From: an uncultured virus (IMG/VR IMGVR_UViG_3300028888_000112)
Taxonomy: Duplodnaviria > Heunggongvirae > Uroviricota > Caudoviricetes
Virus record (IMG/VR): IMGVR_UViG_3300028888_000112
Reading direction: 5' to 3' (one strand)
DNA: 64,000 nt
Part shown: piece after piece, positions 27,303 through 36,543 of the stretch
Numbering within the stretch: position 1 is the first letter of the stretch
How the letters are laid out: every line of letters starts with the position of its first letter
Notes under the pieces: model-generated
Seen by the model: only the letters and a program-made list of their open reading frames with translations
Told to the model about the DNA's origin: nothing
The model's database searches: none
Program-made: the position numbers and the translations under genes

Positions 27303-27449
27303 ATGGGCAAGTCTTACAACTGTGGCTTCCGCGACAAGCGGTACTTCGACACAAAGAAGAAGGGCTACAAAAAAGGAAACTGTCACACGGGTGACGACAA
27401 CAATAACGAGAGTTACAACAATTTAAAAATTAAACATTTTAAAGGTTAG
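27303..27449 (+). CDS. small basic protein
   Basis: 48-aa ORF MGKSYNCGFRD... fills operon gap; read by eye. Confidence 0.4.
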   Translation: MGKSYNCGFRDKRYFDTKKKGYKKGNCHTGDDNNNESYNNLKIKHFKG

Positions 27450-27453
27450 TTTT

Positions 27454-28632
27454 ATGAGTACAACAACAGCAACGGTTTCGGTAGAAACCAAGGAGCTACT
27501 GCGGGTTTTGAACCTTGCGGGCAAGTGTATCAGCAGCAAGCCGAGCATGCCTATTTTGGGGGACGTGCTGCTTGCGCACAACAACGGGAGGTTTTTGGTA
27601 AGCGCGTCAAACGCGGAGCTGTGGATTGACGTTCCTGCGGAGATGCGGCTTGACGAGGGCGAGCTTGACAGCGTGTGCGTCAACTACGCGATGCTTAGGA
27701 ACGCGGCTGCGACGCTGCCGCTTGACGTGACGCTTAAGATGGTTTTCAACGAGGGACGCTTGAAGGTGGACTACGGCAAGGGCAAGTTCTCCGTGGTGAC
27801 AGATCCCGCGTCGGACTACCCGATCCCCAACTTCAGGGTTGAGGCGGAGAACGCAAGCAAAGCCGCCGTGTGCCGCTTTAAGACGAGTGACGGGTGGTTG
27901 ATCAACAACATGCGGCTTGCGCGGACGTGCGCGGCTGTGGAAAACATACGCCCCATTTTGAACGCGGTGTGCGTGGACGTCTTCAAGGACAAGGTAAACG
28001 TGGCGAGCACGGACTCGATGGTTATGTACTACAACAGCAGAGAGCTGACCGAGGGCACGCTTACGGCTGCGGACTTCGAGGACAAGGCGCAGATGATTTT
28101 GTCGCTGTCTACGGTGGACGCTTTAACGGCGTGCTTTGGGAACGAGGAGTTGGACGTCGCTACGGACGGAACGCATATATCGGTGTACTCCGAGACAGGC
28201 ATCAACCTTGTCGCCCGTCTTGTGGAGGGCAAATACGTTCCCTACGAGCAGATTATCTTCTCGCAGGCTGACAGCGAGTGCATAAAGGTGGCGGTGGACG
28301 ACATGCTTGGCGCACTTAAGCGGTGCGGCGTGTTTGCGAGCGAGGTGAGCCACATGGCAATCCTTTCCGTGGACGGGGAGAAGGTGCGCGTCACCGTCGA
28401 CAACCTTGACTACGCCACGGACTGCAACGAGGAGGTCACCCGTCTTGCGGGCAGCACGTTCAGCGGCGACCTTAAGATAGGGTTCAACTTAGTCAAGCTC
28501 TACTCGCAGCTTGGAGCGACGACAACGCAAAACGTCGTGATGCAGCTCTCGGAGGCGAACAAGCCTATAATCGTAAAAGAGGACAACGAGGCTTCTAAGC
28601 TCGTTCTTCTTACCATGCCGATGTCTATTTAA
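27454..28632 (+). CDS. dnaN: DNA polymerase III beta sliding clamp
   Basis: 392 aa; MPILGDVLL, DYP, RPILNAV, ASTD, RLVEGKY, IGFN, LTMPM. Confidence 0.92.
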   Translation: MSTTTATVSVETKELLRVLNLAGKCISSKPSMPILGDVLLAHNNGRFLVSASNAELWIDVPAEMRLDEGELDSVCVNYAMLRNAAATLPLDVTLKMVFNEGRLKVDYGKGKFSVVTDPASDYPIPNFRVEAENASKAAVCRFKTSDGWLINNMRLARTCAAVENIRPILNAVCVDVFKDKVNVASTDSMVMYYNSRELTEGTLTAADFEDKAQMILSLSTVDALTACFGNEELDVATDGTHISVYSETGINLVARLVEGKYVPYEQIIFSQADSECIKVAVDDMLGALKRCGVFASEVSHMAILSVDGEKVRVTVDNLDYATDCNEEVTRLAGSTFSGDLKIGFNLVKLYSQLGATTTQNVVMQLSEANKPIIVKEDNEASKLVLLTMPMSI

Positions 28633-28644
28633 CTTAAACCAAAC

Positions 28645-28687
28645 AAGAGCCTTGTTGGGGCTAAAACAAGCCTTAGCGGGGCTCTTT
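28645..28687 (+). terminator. hairpin between dnaN and methyltransferase
   Basis: AAGAGCCTTGTTGGGGCT/AGCCTTAGCGGGGCTCTT. Confidence 0.5.
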
Positions 28688-28704
28688 AAAATAAAGACAC
28701 AGGT

Positions 28705-29383
28705 ATGGCTATAAGCGAAGTATATAATTGTGACTGTTTAAAATACATGAAGGATCTGCCTGACAAGTTTTTCGATCTTGCCTTGGCAGATCCTCCATAA
28801 AGAACCGTACGGAATATTCAGCGACAAGAAGCGCAATATAAGCAGCAACGTCGGTAAGCTAAGCAACCGCGCAATGTTTTATGACGCGGAGAAAATAAAC
28901 AAGTGGGACGTTGTGCCCGAGCAGATTTTCTTTGACGAGCTGTTCCGTGTGTCAAAGAATCAGGTTATTTGGGGTGGAAACTACTTCCCGCTCCCGCCTA
29001 CGCGTTGCATGGTTGCTTGGGACAAGTGTCAGCCGTGGGAGACGTTCAGTCAGATAGAGCTTGCGTGGACGTCGTTTGACTACCCCGCGAAGCTTTTCAA
29101 GTACGACAACAGAACGACGGACAAGATCCATGCTACGCAAAAACCTGTAGCGTTGTACGTGTGGTGCTTGAAGACGTTTGCGAAGGAGGGGGACAAGATC
29201 TTCGATCCTATGATGGGCTCTCAGTCATCAAGGATAGCCGCGTACAAGATGGGGTTTGACTACGTTGGGTGCGAGATAGACGGTGACTACTTTGAGCGGG
29301 GCTGCAAGCGGTTTGAAAGGGAGTGCCATGGGGTTGTGGAGCAGTCCGACGGCAGCACGGTGCAGCAGCTGAATCTTTTTTAA
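28705..29383 (+). pseudogene. DNA methyltransferase with 10-nt insertion in DPPY motif
   Basis: MAISEVYNCDC...ADPP*, then PYG...HATQKP...FDPMMGS in the shifted frame. Confidence 0.85.
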
Positions 29384-29393
29384 GCAAACAGAC

Positions 29394-29430
29394 AAACACC
29401 AATCTACAAGTAAGGTAGATTGGTGTTTTT
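29394..29430 (+). terminator. intrinsic terminator
   Basis: AAACACCAATCTAC/GTAGATTGGTGTTT. Confidence 0.75.
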
Positions 29431-29502
29431 GCTTCGGGTTTTGATATATATATGTAAAGTACTTTTAGATTGTTTTTTTGTGTTACACAAAAACTAAGCT
29501 TT

Positions 29503-29877
29503 ATGGTAACGTCTATTGATTTACAAACGAAGTGGTTTGAGGTTTTGATTGCCTTTTTGCAGGAGTCAAGCGAGTACACGGAGAAGCAGATTATAGAGTC
29601 CAAGATTCCTGACTGCATGGCGATGCGGTGTGGTTTGGTGGGCGTGCTGCAGCATTTTGGCTTATGCGACTCGCGCATTTGTCGTATAAGCGGGATGACG
29701 AGCGGACAGGTCTACCGCGCCAAGCAGCGCATCCTTACCTTTGAGCGTGAGGGCAACATCTCCTTCAAGCGGCTAATGGAGATCCTTAAAAAGCTCGTGC
29801 AGAAGAAGATTAAGGAGCAGGAGGTTGAGTGGGAGGAGATGATGCAGATGTTTGACAAGGAGCTCGGTCTTATATAG
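29503..29877 (+). CDS. putative helix-turn-helix protein
   Basis: GLCDSRICRISGMTSGQVYRA HTH-like segment. Confidence 0.55.
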   Translation: MVTSIDLQTKWFEVLIAFLQESSEYTEKQIIESKIPDCMAMRCGLVGVLQHFGLCDSRICRISGMTSGQVYRAKQRILTFEREGNISFKRLMEILKKLVQKKIKEQEVEWEEMMQMFDKELGLI

Positions 29878-29905
29878 GGCTGACGGACTTTGTAGTTAAC
29901 CAACG

Positions 29906-29939
29906 AACGGTGCATACGGTTATGCGCTGTTTTTCTTTT
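29906..29939 (+). terminator. intrinsic terminator
   Basis: AACGGTGCATA/TATGCGCTGTT plus T run. Confidence 0.65.
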
Positions 29940-30144
29940 CGATTCTTACCGCATACGACACACGCATTCGAACTCCCTTTAAATGTCGCATAGTTATTCT
30001 CTTTGGTACTTGGATAACCGTTGCCGTGTCTTCGAACCCGACGTACCTTGGCGGTGTCAAAAGGGGGACACAAATGCGCATTGAATTATCCTTGGAGACA
30101 AGAGAGAAACAAAAAACGAAAAAACAATTTAAAAGTACAAAAAC

Positions 30145-30627
30145 ATGGAGAATGGAAACGGATGGTTGTCGCCTTATGAGAGCGCAACCTTAATGCAGAG
30201 AGAGGCTCGCAGACCTAACGGTACAGGGGTTACGGGCATCGTATTGGGTAGCGCCGCCTTGCTTACGGGCATAGGCGCGTGGATTTTCGGTGGCTGCTTT
30301 GCGAGCGGCAAGGCTAAGGCTAACACCGAGCTGATTAGGATGAACGCTGAGCATCAAAACGAGATGTTCCGTCTGCTTGGCTCGTCTATTGTTAACGAGC
30401 GCAACGAGCGTATGCGTCAGCTGCCTACGCTGCAGAGCTACATTGACGTGCAGACGAACCCGACTCAGTCGGGCACTGCTGTGAGCAGTGCGATGTCGGA
30501 CGCCATTGCGTTTGCGCAGGCGGTCAACAACAACGGCGGCATAAACGACGCGGTTCAGCAGAGTTCTTACTTGAGAGTGCAACCGATATCTGTAAAAGAT
30601 TGCGGCTGCGGCTGTGGTGGTAACTAA
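30145..30627 (+). CDS. hypothetical protein, Gly-rich hydrophobic helix and CGCGCGG tail
   Basis: 160-aa ORF. Confidence 0.75.
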   Translation: MENGNGWLSPYESATLMQREARRPNGTGVTGIVLGSAALLTGIGAWIFGGCFASGKAKANTELIRMNAEHQNEMFRLLGSSIVNERNERMRQLPTLQSYIDVQTNPTQSGTAVSSAMSDAIAFAQAVNNNGGINDAVQQSSYLRVQPISVKDCGCGCGGN

Positions 30628-30689
30628 AATGGCTTTGTGTGGGGCTAAACAAGCCTCACACGCCTTTTAAACGTTTAGTCTTTAAGAGT

Positions 30690-31025
30690 ATGTTTAACAG
30701 AGGGTTTTCTTTTGACACGGGCAAGCTTGTGCCGACCTCCAAGATAGCGTTGAAGCTGTCGTGTTTGAGTGCGTGCGCCAACGATATCGAGAAGGCGGAT
30801 AGGTTGTATGAGTATATGACTCGGGACTTGAAGGACTTGCCTGACAGCGAGCCTACTATGCCGAGTGGTATACAGCGGTTTAAGATGGGGGCGGACGACA
30901 TTATAGGATGGGTGTCCGAGCACAAGGACTTAATACAGCAGGGGATAGGCTTGATTCAAGGGTTAAGGAAACCCGCCTCGGCAGCGGTTGGGGTAGCCGA
31001 CGTGCCGCCGATACCAAAAATTTAG
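30690..31025 (+). CDS. hypothetical protein
   Basis: Likely start MFNRG within ORF 30639-31025. Confidence 0.65.
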   Translation: MFNRGFSFDTGKLVPTSKIALKLSCLSACANDIEKADRLYEYMTRDLKDLPDSEPTMPSGIQRFKMGADDIIGWVSEHKDLIQQGIGLIQGLRKPASAAVGVADVPPIPKI

Positions 31026-31031
31026 TGAAGT

Positions 31032-31223
31032 ATGAAACCAGCAATGATTACTTTTTACGTCTACGCGGAGGACAACAGCGAGGCGGAGCGGCTGCAGAGA
31101 GAGCTGTACGAGTTTGTAAACAGTAAGTACGAGCAGGGCGTGCTGATTACCGCCGACAAGCTGCGGGAGGCGATTCATAGGTTTAAGGACAGCGTTTTGG
31201 TTAGCAACTTTTTAAAGAAGTAG
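31032..31223 (+). CDS. small hypothetical protein
   Basis: 63-aa ORF in operon. Confidence 0.65.
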   Translation: MKPAMITFYVYAEDNSEAERLQRELYEFVNSKYEQGVLITADKLREAIHRFKDSVLVSNFLKK

Positions 31224-31226
31224 GAC

Positions 31227-31421
31227 ATGGATGAGAGAGTACCAAGGAACATCTTTGAGCAGATACTGTACGGGCAGCTTGCGGTAAACGACAACGTGGT
31301 CGCGTTGGCTAAAAACGTAGAGGTGTTAGCAGACCGCGTGGAGGACATAATGACGCTGTTTTCTGCCAAGTGCGTGGACGTAGAGAAGGCTAAGAGTGTT
31401 CCAAGTTTATCAACAGACTAA
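31227..31421 (+). CDS. small coiled-coil protein
   Basis: 64-aa ORF in operon. Confidence 0.6.
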   Translation: MDERVPRNIFEQILYGQLAVNDNVVALAKNVEVLADRVEDIMTLFSAKCVDVEKAKSVPSLSTD

Positions 31422-31435
31422 AAGAGGAATGAGTT

Positions 31436-31846
31436 ATGGCAACAATTAGCGCAACATTGGCGGCGGGTTCGGTAGCCTCGCCGTACTTTTATCAGGTGAA
31501 CGTCTCGGAGACTCTTTGCAAGAGCTCCTGCAGCGGTGCTACGCCTGACTTCTCGCCTACCTTTGTTTTGATGGGGTACGCGAGCGTTGGGGCGGGGCAG
31601 TATATGGCGACGATAGCGGTGCACGGCACAATATGCTACGTGCCTTGCGGCTGCTCGGCGTGCTGCACGAAGAGTCAGCTTGTGAGTCAGACGTTTTCGC
31701 TGCCCTTTTACTCAGAGACCGCGCCTACAAGCGTGACTGTGACGCAGGGGGCAAGCGTTAACGAGGTGGCAACCAAGGGGTGCGACAGATGCGGTAACGT
31801 GTTTGTAAGCGAAACCCCGCTTGTGTTAACCGTGGAGACAGCTTAA
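31436..31846 (+). CDS. Cys-rich hypothetical protein
   Basis: LCKSSC, CYVPCGCSACC, GCDRC. Confidence 0.7.
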   Translation: MATISATLAAGSVASPYFYQVNVSETLCKSSCSGATPDFSPTFVLMGYASVGAGQYMATIAVHGTICYVPCGCSACCTKSQLVSQTFSLPFYSETAPTSVTVTQGASVNEVATKGCDRCGNVFVSETPLVLTVETA

Positions 31847-32136
31847 TGAGGCTTATAGCGGTAGCGGTAGCGTGTGCGGTGGTGGGCGCACTGATGAGTC
31901 ACCTCGGACTTGGGGTGGCGGTTAGCAAGGTGGCGTGCAAGGTGCTCTCGTGCACCAAGTGCGCGACCTTTTGGCTGACGGTGGTAGCGTGCTACGTGTT
32001 AGGCGTAGGGGTTGCGGGGACTGTGTGCGCAGCCGCCGCCGCCTGCTACTGCTCGCTGTGGGCTGAGCTTGGGTTTGTGTGGTTGAACCAAAGGTACAAC
32101 GAGTTATGGGAGAGACTGACAAAAGGGCAGCGGTAA
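31846..32136 (+). CDS. Cys-rich membrane protein
   Basis: Hydrophobic helices, CTKCATFW. Confidence 0.65.
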   Translation: MRLIAVAVACAVVGALMSHLGLGVAVSKVACKVLSCTKCATFWLTVVACYVLGVGVAGTVCAAAAACYCSLWAELGFVWLNQRYNELWERLTKGQR

Positions 32137-32219
32137 AGCCGAGGAGCGTAACAACGCGTCCGACGGGGGTGTACAAGCCGCTGCCGAGGATTAAGTTAAA
32201 CTGTGTAAAATGCAAATAG
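32106..32219 (+). CDS. small protein ending CVKCK
   Basis: 37-aa ORF MGETDKR...LNCVKCK; read by eye. Confidence 0.4.
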   Translation: MGETDKRAAVKPRSVTTRPTGVYKPLPRIKLNCVKCK

Positions 32220-32686
32220 AGATGAGTGAGATTAGCAAAAGACTGATGGACGTTATAACCCGCGTAGAGCCAAAGTACGGGGTTATGGTGTTGGACATGT
32301 TTGTCGACGACGTCGGCAACGAGCGTGCCAACGAGATTATTGAGCTCTCGGAGGGGATGATAAAGTACAAGAACTACCTGACCGAGGGGGAGGCTAAGCA
32401 GATTGTGGACGCTATGATCAACTTTGACGGCACAAAGGGTGCAAGGTGGACTGCGGACGAGTTCAAGGACGTGGTTAAGAGCGTGGGCGGCAAGTGCGAG
32501 ATGGACGGGGAGTACAATTGGTGGGCGATGTACGTCACCGCGCAGATGGTGCGCTCCGACGAGTGGGGCGTGCTTAGAACCTACGTTGAGCCGTCAAAGG
32601 AGGCGGTGTTGTGTTACGAGCTTGCGAAGGCGAAGCTGCTCGACAAGGACAGAGTCTACAACGTGCGGCGGTACTTTGAGGTGTAG
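32210..32686 (+). CDS. hypothetical protein
   Basis: 158-aa ORF with YNWWAMYV...SD and A..KL.DKD. Confidence 0.75.
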   Translation: MQIEMSEISKRLMDVITRVEPKYGVMVLDMFVDDVGNERANEIIELSEGMIKYKNYLTEGEAKQIVDAMINFDGTKGARWTADEFKDVVKSVGGKCEMDGEYNWWAMYVTAQMVRSDEWGVLRTYVEPSKEAVLCYELAKAKLLDKDRVYNVRRYFEV

Positions 32687-32709
32687 GGTGCGGCTGCAAC
32701 GGCTTTAAG

Positions 32710-32741
32710 AAAAGGGCTTATTAAAAAATAAGCTCTTTTTT
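32710..32741 (+). terminator. intrinsic terminator
   Basis: AAAAGGGCTTATT/AATAAGCTCTTTT. Confidence 0.7.
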
Positions 32742-32764
32742 GTTGTTTATAATAACACCTTTAT

Positions 32765-32804
32765 TATATTTGCAGCAATACTCAATATTGGGTAGAGGAC
32801 ACGT
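32765..32804 (+). promoter_or_regulatory. Bacteroidota-type -7 promoter with variant leader hairpin
   Basis: TATATTTG...CAA-TACTCA-ATAT-TGGGTA-GAGGACACGT. Confidence 0.55.
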
Positions 32805-32818
32805 AAAGAGAAAAGACC

Positions 32819-33199
32819 ATGGATGCAGAAAACTTAACGATGGTAAGGGTTAACGGGGTAGAGAAGTACGTTAGCTTTTACACAGGCAAGCTACTCAACA
32901 AGGTAAGGGAGCGGCTTGATGAGTATGTTAACAACGAGTACACCGACGATGACATTGAAAAGCAGTGCGATCACGTTATTGACAAGTGCTGCGGTGACAA
33001 TGTCAGTGTGTGGTTTCAACCCGTAAGCATTGAGAGGCGGTACGACTTTGGAGTGAACAGGGCTTTGTTTGACATCCTTGCGTTAATAAGGATGCGCAAT
33101 CCCAAGACGGGGAAGGTTATGGAGCTTAGCCACATATTTGCCGACTTTGAGTACGAGTACGGCATCTACGACGAGTGCGCTTACAACGGGTGCAAATAA
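32819..33199 (+). CDS. hypothetical protein
   Basis: 126-aa ORF. Confidence 0.7.
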   Translation: MDAENLTMVRVNGVEKYVSFYTGKLLNKVRERLDEYVNNEYTDDDIEKQCDHVIDKCCGDNVSVWFQPVSIERRYDFGVNRALFDILALIRMRNPKTGKVMELSHIFADFEYEYGIYDECAYNGCK

Positions 33200-33215
33200 T
33201 CGGACTTTTAGAGTT

Positions 33216-33596
33216 ATGAACGGCGCGTGGATCAGTCACATAAACGAGGCTTATGATATAGGCGAGGAGTACAGGGCGGTGTTCGGGAAGGCGATGCCGA
33301 GCGGGAAGTTCTTCTGTCCGTTTCACGCCAACGTAAACACGCCTGCGGCGAAGAGATACTACAACGGGATCAAGTGCTACTCGTGCAACAAGTTCTACAC
33401 GGTGTACGACTTTTTGAGGGCGTTCAACCCGAGCAGGCTTGAGGCGTTAAAGCAGACGGTGACGGTTGACGCGGCTTATGTTCCGACGGGGAGCGTACCT
33501 ACAAAAGAAAGGATTACATTTGTGAGCTATGAGCCGACGGAGCGCATAGAGGATATATTAACGAAAATTGTAACTGCTAATGGACTTGAGGTTTAA
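33216..33596 (+). CDS. primase-type CHC2 zinc-binding domain protein
   Basis: FFCPFHANVNTPA...KCYSC; likely start ATG 33216. Confidence 0.75.
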   Translation: MNGAWISHINEAYDIGEEYRAVFGKAMPSGKFFCPFHANVNTPAAKRYYNGIKCYSCNKFYTVYDFLRAFNPSRLEALKQTVTVDAAYVPTGSVPTKERITFVSYEPTERIEDILTKIVTANGLEV

Positions 33597-33789
33597 GGAC
33601 GGCGAGGAGCTGAGCTGCAAGGTGCTCGTAAGGGGTAAGACCTTTTTGTTTGTGCGTGACAACAAGACGGGCGAGTACAAGATTTTAAACACGGAAAGAT
33701 TACCTAACAATGAAAACAGCAAACTACAACAACAAACATGTGCTGACTCTGTTGGAGACGGAGGAGGAGCTGACGAGGCTAAGGAGTAA
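33580..33789 (+). CDS. small hypothetical protein
   Basis: 69-aa ORF overlapping neighbours. Confidence 0.45.
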   Translation: MDLRFKDGEELSCKVLVRGKTFLFVRDNKTGEYKILNTERLPNNENSKLQQQTCADSVGDGGGADEAKE

Positions 33790-36298
33790 GCTTGACGGTG
33801 TAAGCGCGGTCGCCGTCAACCTTGAGACCACGGGGGTGGACTACGACAAGGACAGCATAGCGGGGGTAAACGTAGCGTACGAAACCCCGCGGGGGGTGGT
33901 GTCGGTGTACGTGCCGATAAGACACACCGTGGGGGTCAACCTTAAGGTTGAGCCCGTGCTTGCCTTGGTGGGCGAGCTTATCAAAGACAAAAAGGTGCTT
34001 TTCTACAAGCGGGACTTTGCGTTTTCCTTCCTTGAGAAGGAGGGGGTGGAGGTTGGCTTGAACGACACGCACGACGTGCAGATTATGCTGTACCTGTGCA
34101 GCAACAAGTCGTGTCCGACGCGGAACGAGTTTGCGAGGCTGTACTTTCCCGACCTTGAGGTGTTCGACATAGACGTGACGGCGATGGAGTTCTCGGCGAG
34201 GAATCCTGAGGTTGCGTTTATCTTTGCGGCGCAAAAGGGGGTGCTGAGCTTTTTGCTTGCGCGGTACGTGTGGGCGCACTTTCCGATGATAGGGGAGATC
34301 TACAAGCTTGACAACAAGTCGAGTGAGGTTGTGCGGTGGTTCAGCAAGACGACAAGGATTTGTTTTGATAGAGGGGTTGTGAGAGAAAAGCTGCAAGCCG
34401 CAAACGAGGCGATAGAAAGCGTTAAGTTCCAAGCGCGTAGCGTTCTTGGGTACGACATAGACTTAAGCGACTACGCGGCGCGTATTGAGGTGCTGCGGGG
34501 CTTTATTAATATAGATTCCAACGCGACGACGATAACGAGCAGCATGCTTGCGAAGTGCAACCACCCGATAGCGCGTTTGTTTGAGCGGTACGGGGAGTTG
34601 GCTTCCTACAAGAGCGTGCTTGAGAAGATGCTTGGCGTGGACGGGGACTCGATGAGGATTCACTACGCTACGGTCACCGCGAAGACGGGACGGCTTACAA
34701 GCGGGCATCTGCTTGGCAACTCGTACTTCACCGACTTCAATATACACAACGTTCCCAAGGATGAGGTTGTGCGGTACGTGCACAAGACCGACGACGGGAT
34801 TGGGTTTACGGTTGACGACAACAAGGAGGGTGCGGTTAAAGAGGTGAAGTGCAAGGGGGGACTGCGGGACGCGTTTGTGCCCCCGTCCGACGAGTACGTG
34901 TGGGTGTCGTGCGACTACAGCGGTGAGGAGATGTGCTTGGTTGCGAACTTCAGTCAGGACGAGAACTTGTTAGAGCCGATACGGAACGGTGAGGATATTC
35001 ACTCCTACGTGGCGGAGAAGGTGTTCGGGGTAAAGGACGCGGAGAGCAGAACGAAGACAAAGCAGCTAAACTTCTCCGTGTTGTACGGTGCGGGTGAGTA
35101 CTCGGTGGCTAAGCAGTTAGGCGTAAGCGTGGACGAGAGCAGGGCGTTGCTTGAGAAGTATTTTTCCACGATGCACAAGCTTGCGGAGTGGAGGGATCGG
35201 ATGATTCGGCGGGCGCGGCAGAAAGGGTACGTGTGCACGCTGTTCGGGCGACCGAGGATGTTGTACGCGGACTATCAGTCGAGCGACAGGTTTGTGCGGG
35301 AGGCTGCGGACAGGTTTGCGTGCAACTCGCCTATACAAGGGTGCACGCCGCTGCACGGGCATCTTGAGACTAAGGACTGTGCGGTGCGGATGGAGAAGGC
35401 GGTGGGACGGAAGCAGGTTGGTGCGGACGGGAAGGAGTTTATACCAACCCATCGCGGGGACGCAGAGCCGTTGTTTGTGCTGTTCAGGAGCGGGGACTAC
35501 ATAATATGCGACAACAACCACGGGTTGATATACGGCAGCAAGAGGCAGCCAAAGGTAGCGTCCATGCGGGGGTGTTTTGGCAGAAAGCGGGTGTGGTTAG
35601 CACCGTTAAGGCGGAAGTCGCTTAGGTTCAATTGGAGCGTGATCAGGAGGTCGCTTGCGGAGTGCGCGTCGCTGTTTGTGCTGACGTGCATGAGGGACGA
35701 CGTGATTAAGAGGAGCGACAAGAACATAAACAGCGCGTTGTTCAAGCTTGCGTTGTTTGGGCGGTGGTTTGATGCGGACTACAAGGCTGCGATCAGCATG
35801 CGCTCTGTAGCGTCCGTGTTTGGCTACAACGTTGTTTACAGTGAGTGGTTGGATAAGTACAGGGTAACGTTTAGAAGAGCCCGCAAAAGCCGCGTAAAGA
35901 GGGTTACTTGGTGTTTCGGTGAGTCGAGGAGGGTTGAGGTTGGAACGTGCACGGCTGTGGACGGGTTTCAAACGTACGTCAACCAAGGGTTTGTAAACAA
36001 GAACACGGGGGCGGACATATTGAGGATTGTGCTGTGCAGGTTCAAGAAGTTGTTTGACGAGGACGCTGAGTGGGCGGCAAACGTTAAGTTCGCGTGCACG
36101 ATCCACGACGAGTGCAACTTCTACGTACGGAAGGAGTATTTGAGGACGGCGTGCAGAAAGATATACGACACGATGTACTTTGAGCACGAGCTGTTGACGC
36201 TGCCCGTAAAGGGGAACTTATCCGTAGGAAAGGATTGGGGACATCTTGTAGAGATTGGCGTTGACGATATTGACGAGTCTAACAAAGTAAAAATATAG
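33710..36298 (+). CDS. polA: family A DNA polymerase with intein
   Basis: TGRLTS, motif A CDYSGEE, motif B RTKTKQLNFSVLYG, NSPIQG, motif C TIHDE. Confidence 0.92.
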   Translation: MKTANYNNKHVLTLLETEEELTRLRSKLDGVSAVAVNLETTGVDYDKDSIAGVNVAYETPRGVVSVYVPIRHTVGVNLKVEPVLALVGELIKDKKVLFYKRDFAFSFLEKEGVEVGLNDTHDVQIMLYLCSNKSCPTRNEFARLYFPDLEVFDIDVTAMEFSARNPEVAFIFAAQKGVLSFLLARYVWAHFPMIGEIYKLDNKSSEVVRWFSKTTRICFDRGVVREKLQAANEAIESVKFQARSVLGYDIDLSDYAARIEVLRGFINIDSNATTITSSMLAKCNHPIARLFERYGELASYKSVLEKMLGVDGDSMRIHYATVTAKTGRLTSGHLLGNSYFTDFNIHNVPKDEVVRYVHKTDDGIGFTVDDNKEGAVKEVKCKGGLRDAFVPPSDEYVWVSCDYSGEEMCLVANFSQDENLLEPIRNGEDIHSYVAEKVFGVKDAESRTKTKQLNFSVLYGAGEYSVAKQLGVSVDESRALLEKYFSTMHKLAEWRDRMIRRARQKGYVCTLFGRPRMLYADYQSSDRFVREAADRFACNSPIQGCTPLHGHLETKDCAVRMEKAVGRKQVGADGKEFIPTHRGDAEPLFVLFRSGDYIICDNNHGLIYGSKRQPKVASMRGCFGRKRVWLAPLRRKSLRFNWSVIRRSLAECASLFVLTCMRDDVIKRSDKNINSALFKLALFGRWFDADYKAAISMRSVASVFGYNVVYSEWLDKYRVTFRRARKSRVKRVTWCFGESRRVEVGTCTAVDGFQTYVNQGFVNKNTGADILRIVLCRFKKLFDEDAEWAANVKFACTIHDECNFYVRKEYLRTACRKIYDTMYFEHELLTLPVKGNLSVGKDWGHLVEIGVDDIDESNKVKI
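35342..36004 (+). other. divergent intein (221 aa) in PolA
   Basis: Insert splits NSPIQG/TGAD; begins Cys, ends TYVNQGFVNKN, Thr +1. Confidence 0.8.
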
Positions 36299-36300
36299 AT

Positions 36301-36543
36301 ATGTTTTTGGTTATTAACGATGAGTTTAAGGGGGAGAGGCTGATAAACTTTGACAAGGTCAAGAGCGTGCAGCCTTTCACGGAAACCAACTACTTAAAGG
36401 GAGACGGTTTCAAGTTTGCGAGATCGTTGAATAAGACCGTACTTGAGTACGTTGACGGCACGTCGGACACGTTATGCGTGTCGTACGACGTGCTAAAGCA
36501 GCGGATGACGGGGGCAGCGTTGGTTTCTGAAGTTTTAGTTTAG
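36301..36543 (+). CDS. hypothetical protein
   Basis: 80-aa ORF. Confidence 0.65.
   Translation: MFLVINDEFKGERLINFDKVKSVQPFTETNYLKGDGFKFARSLNKTVLEYVDGTSDTLCVSYDVLKQRMTGAALVSEVLV

Noticed and set aside
29960..30045. tRNA genes suggested by GTTCGAA on the minus strand
   Set aside because: Flanks do not form a T-stem or cloverleaf.
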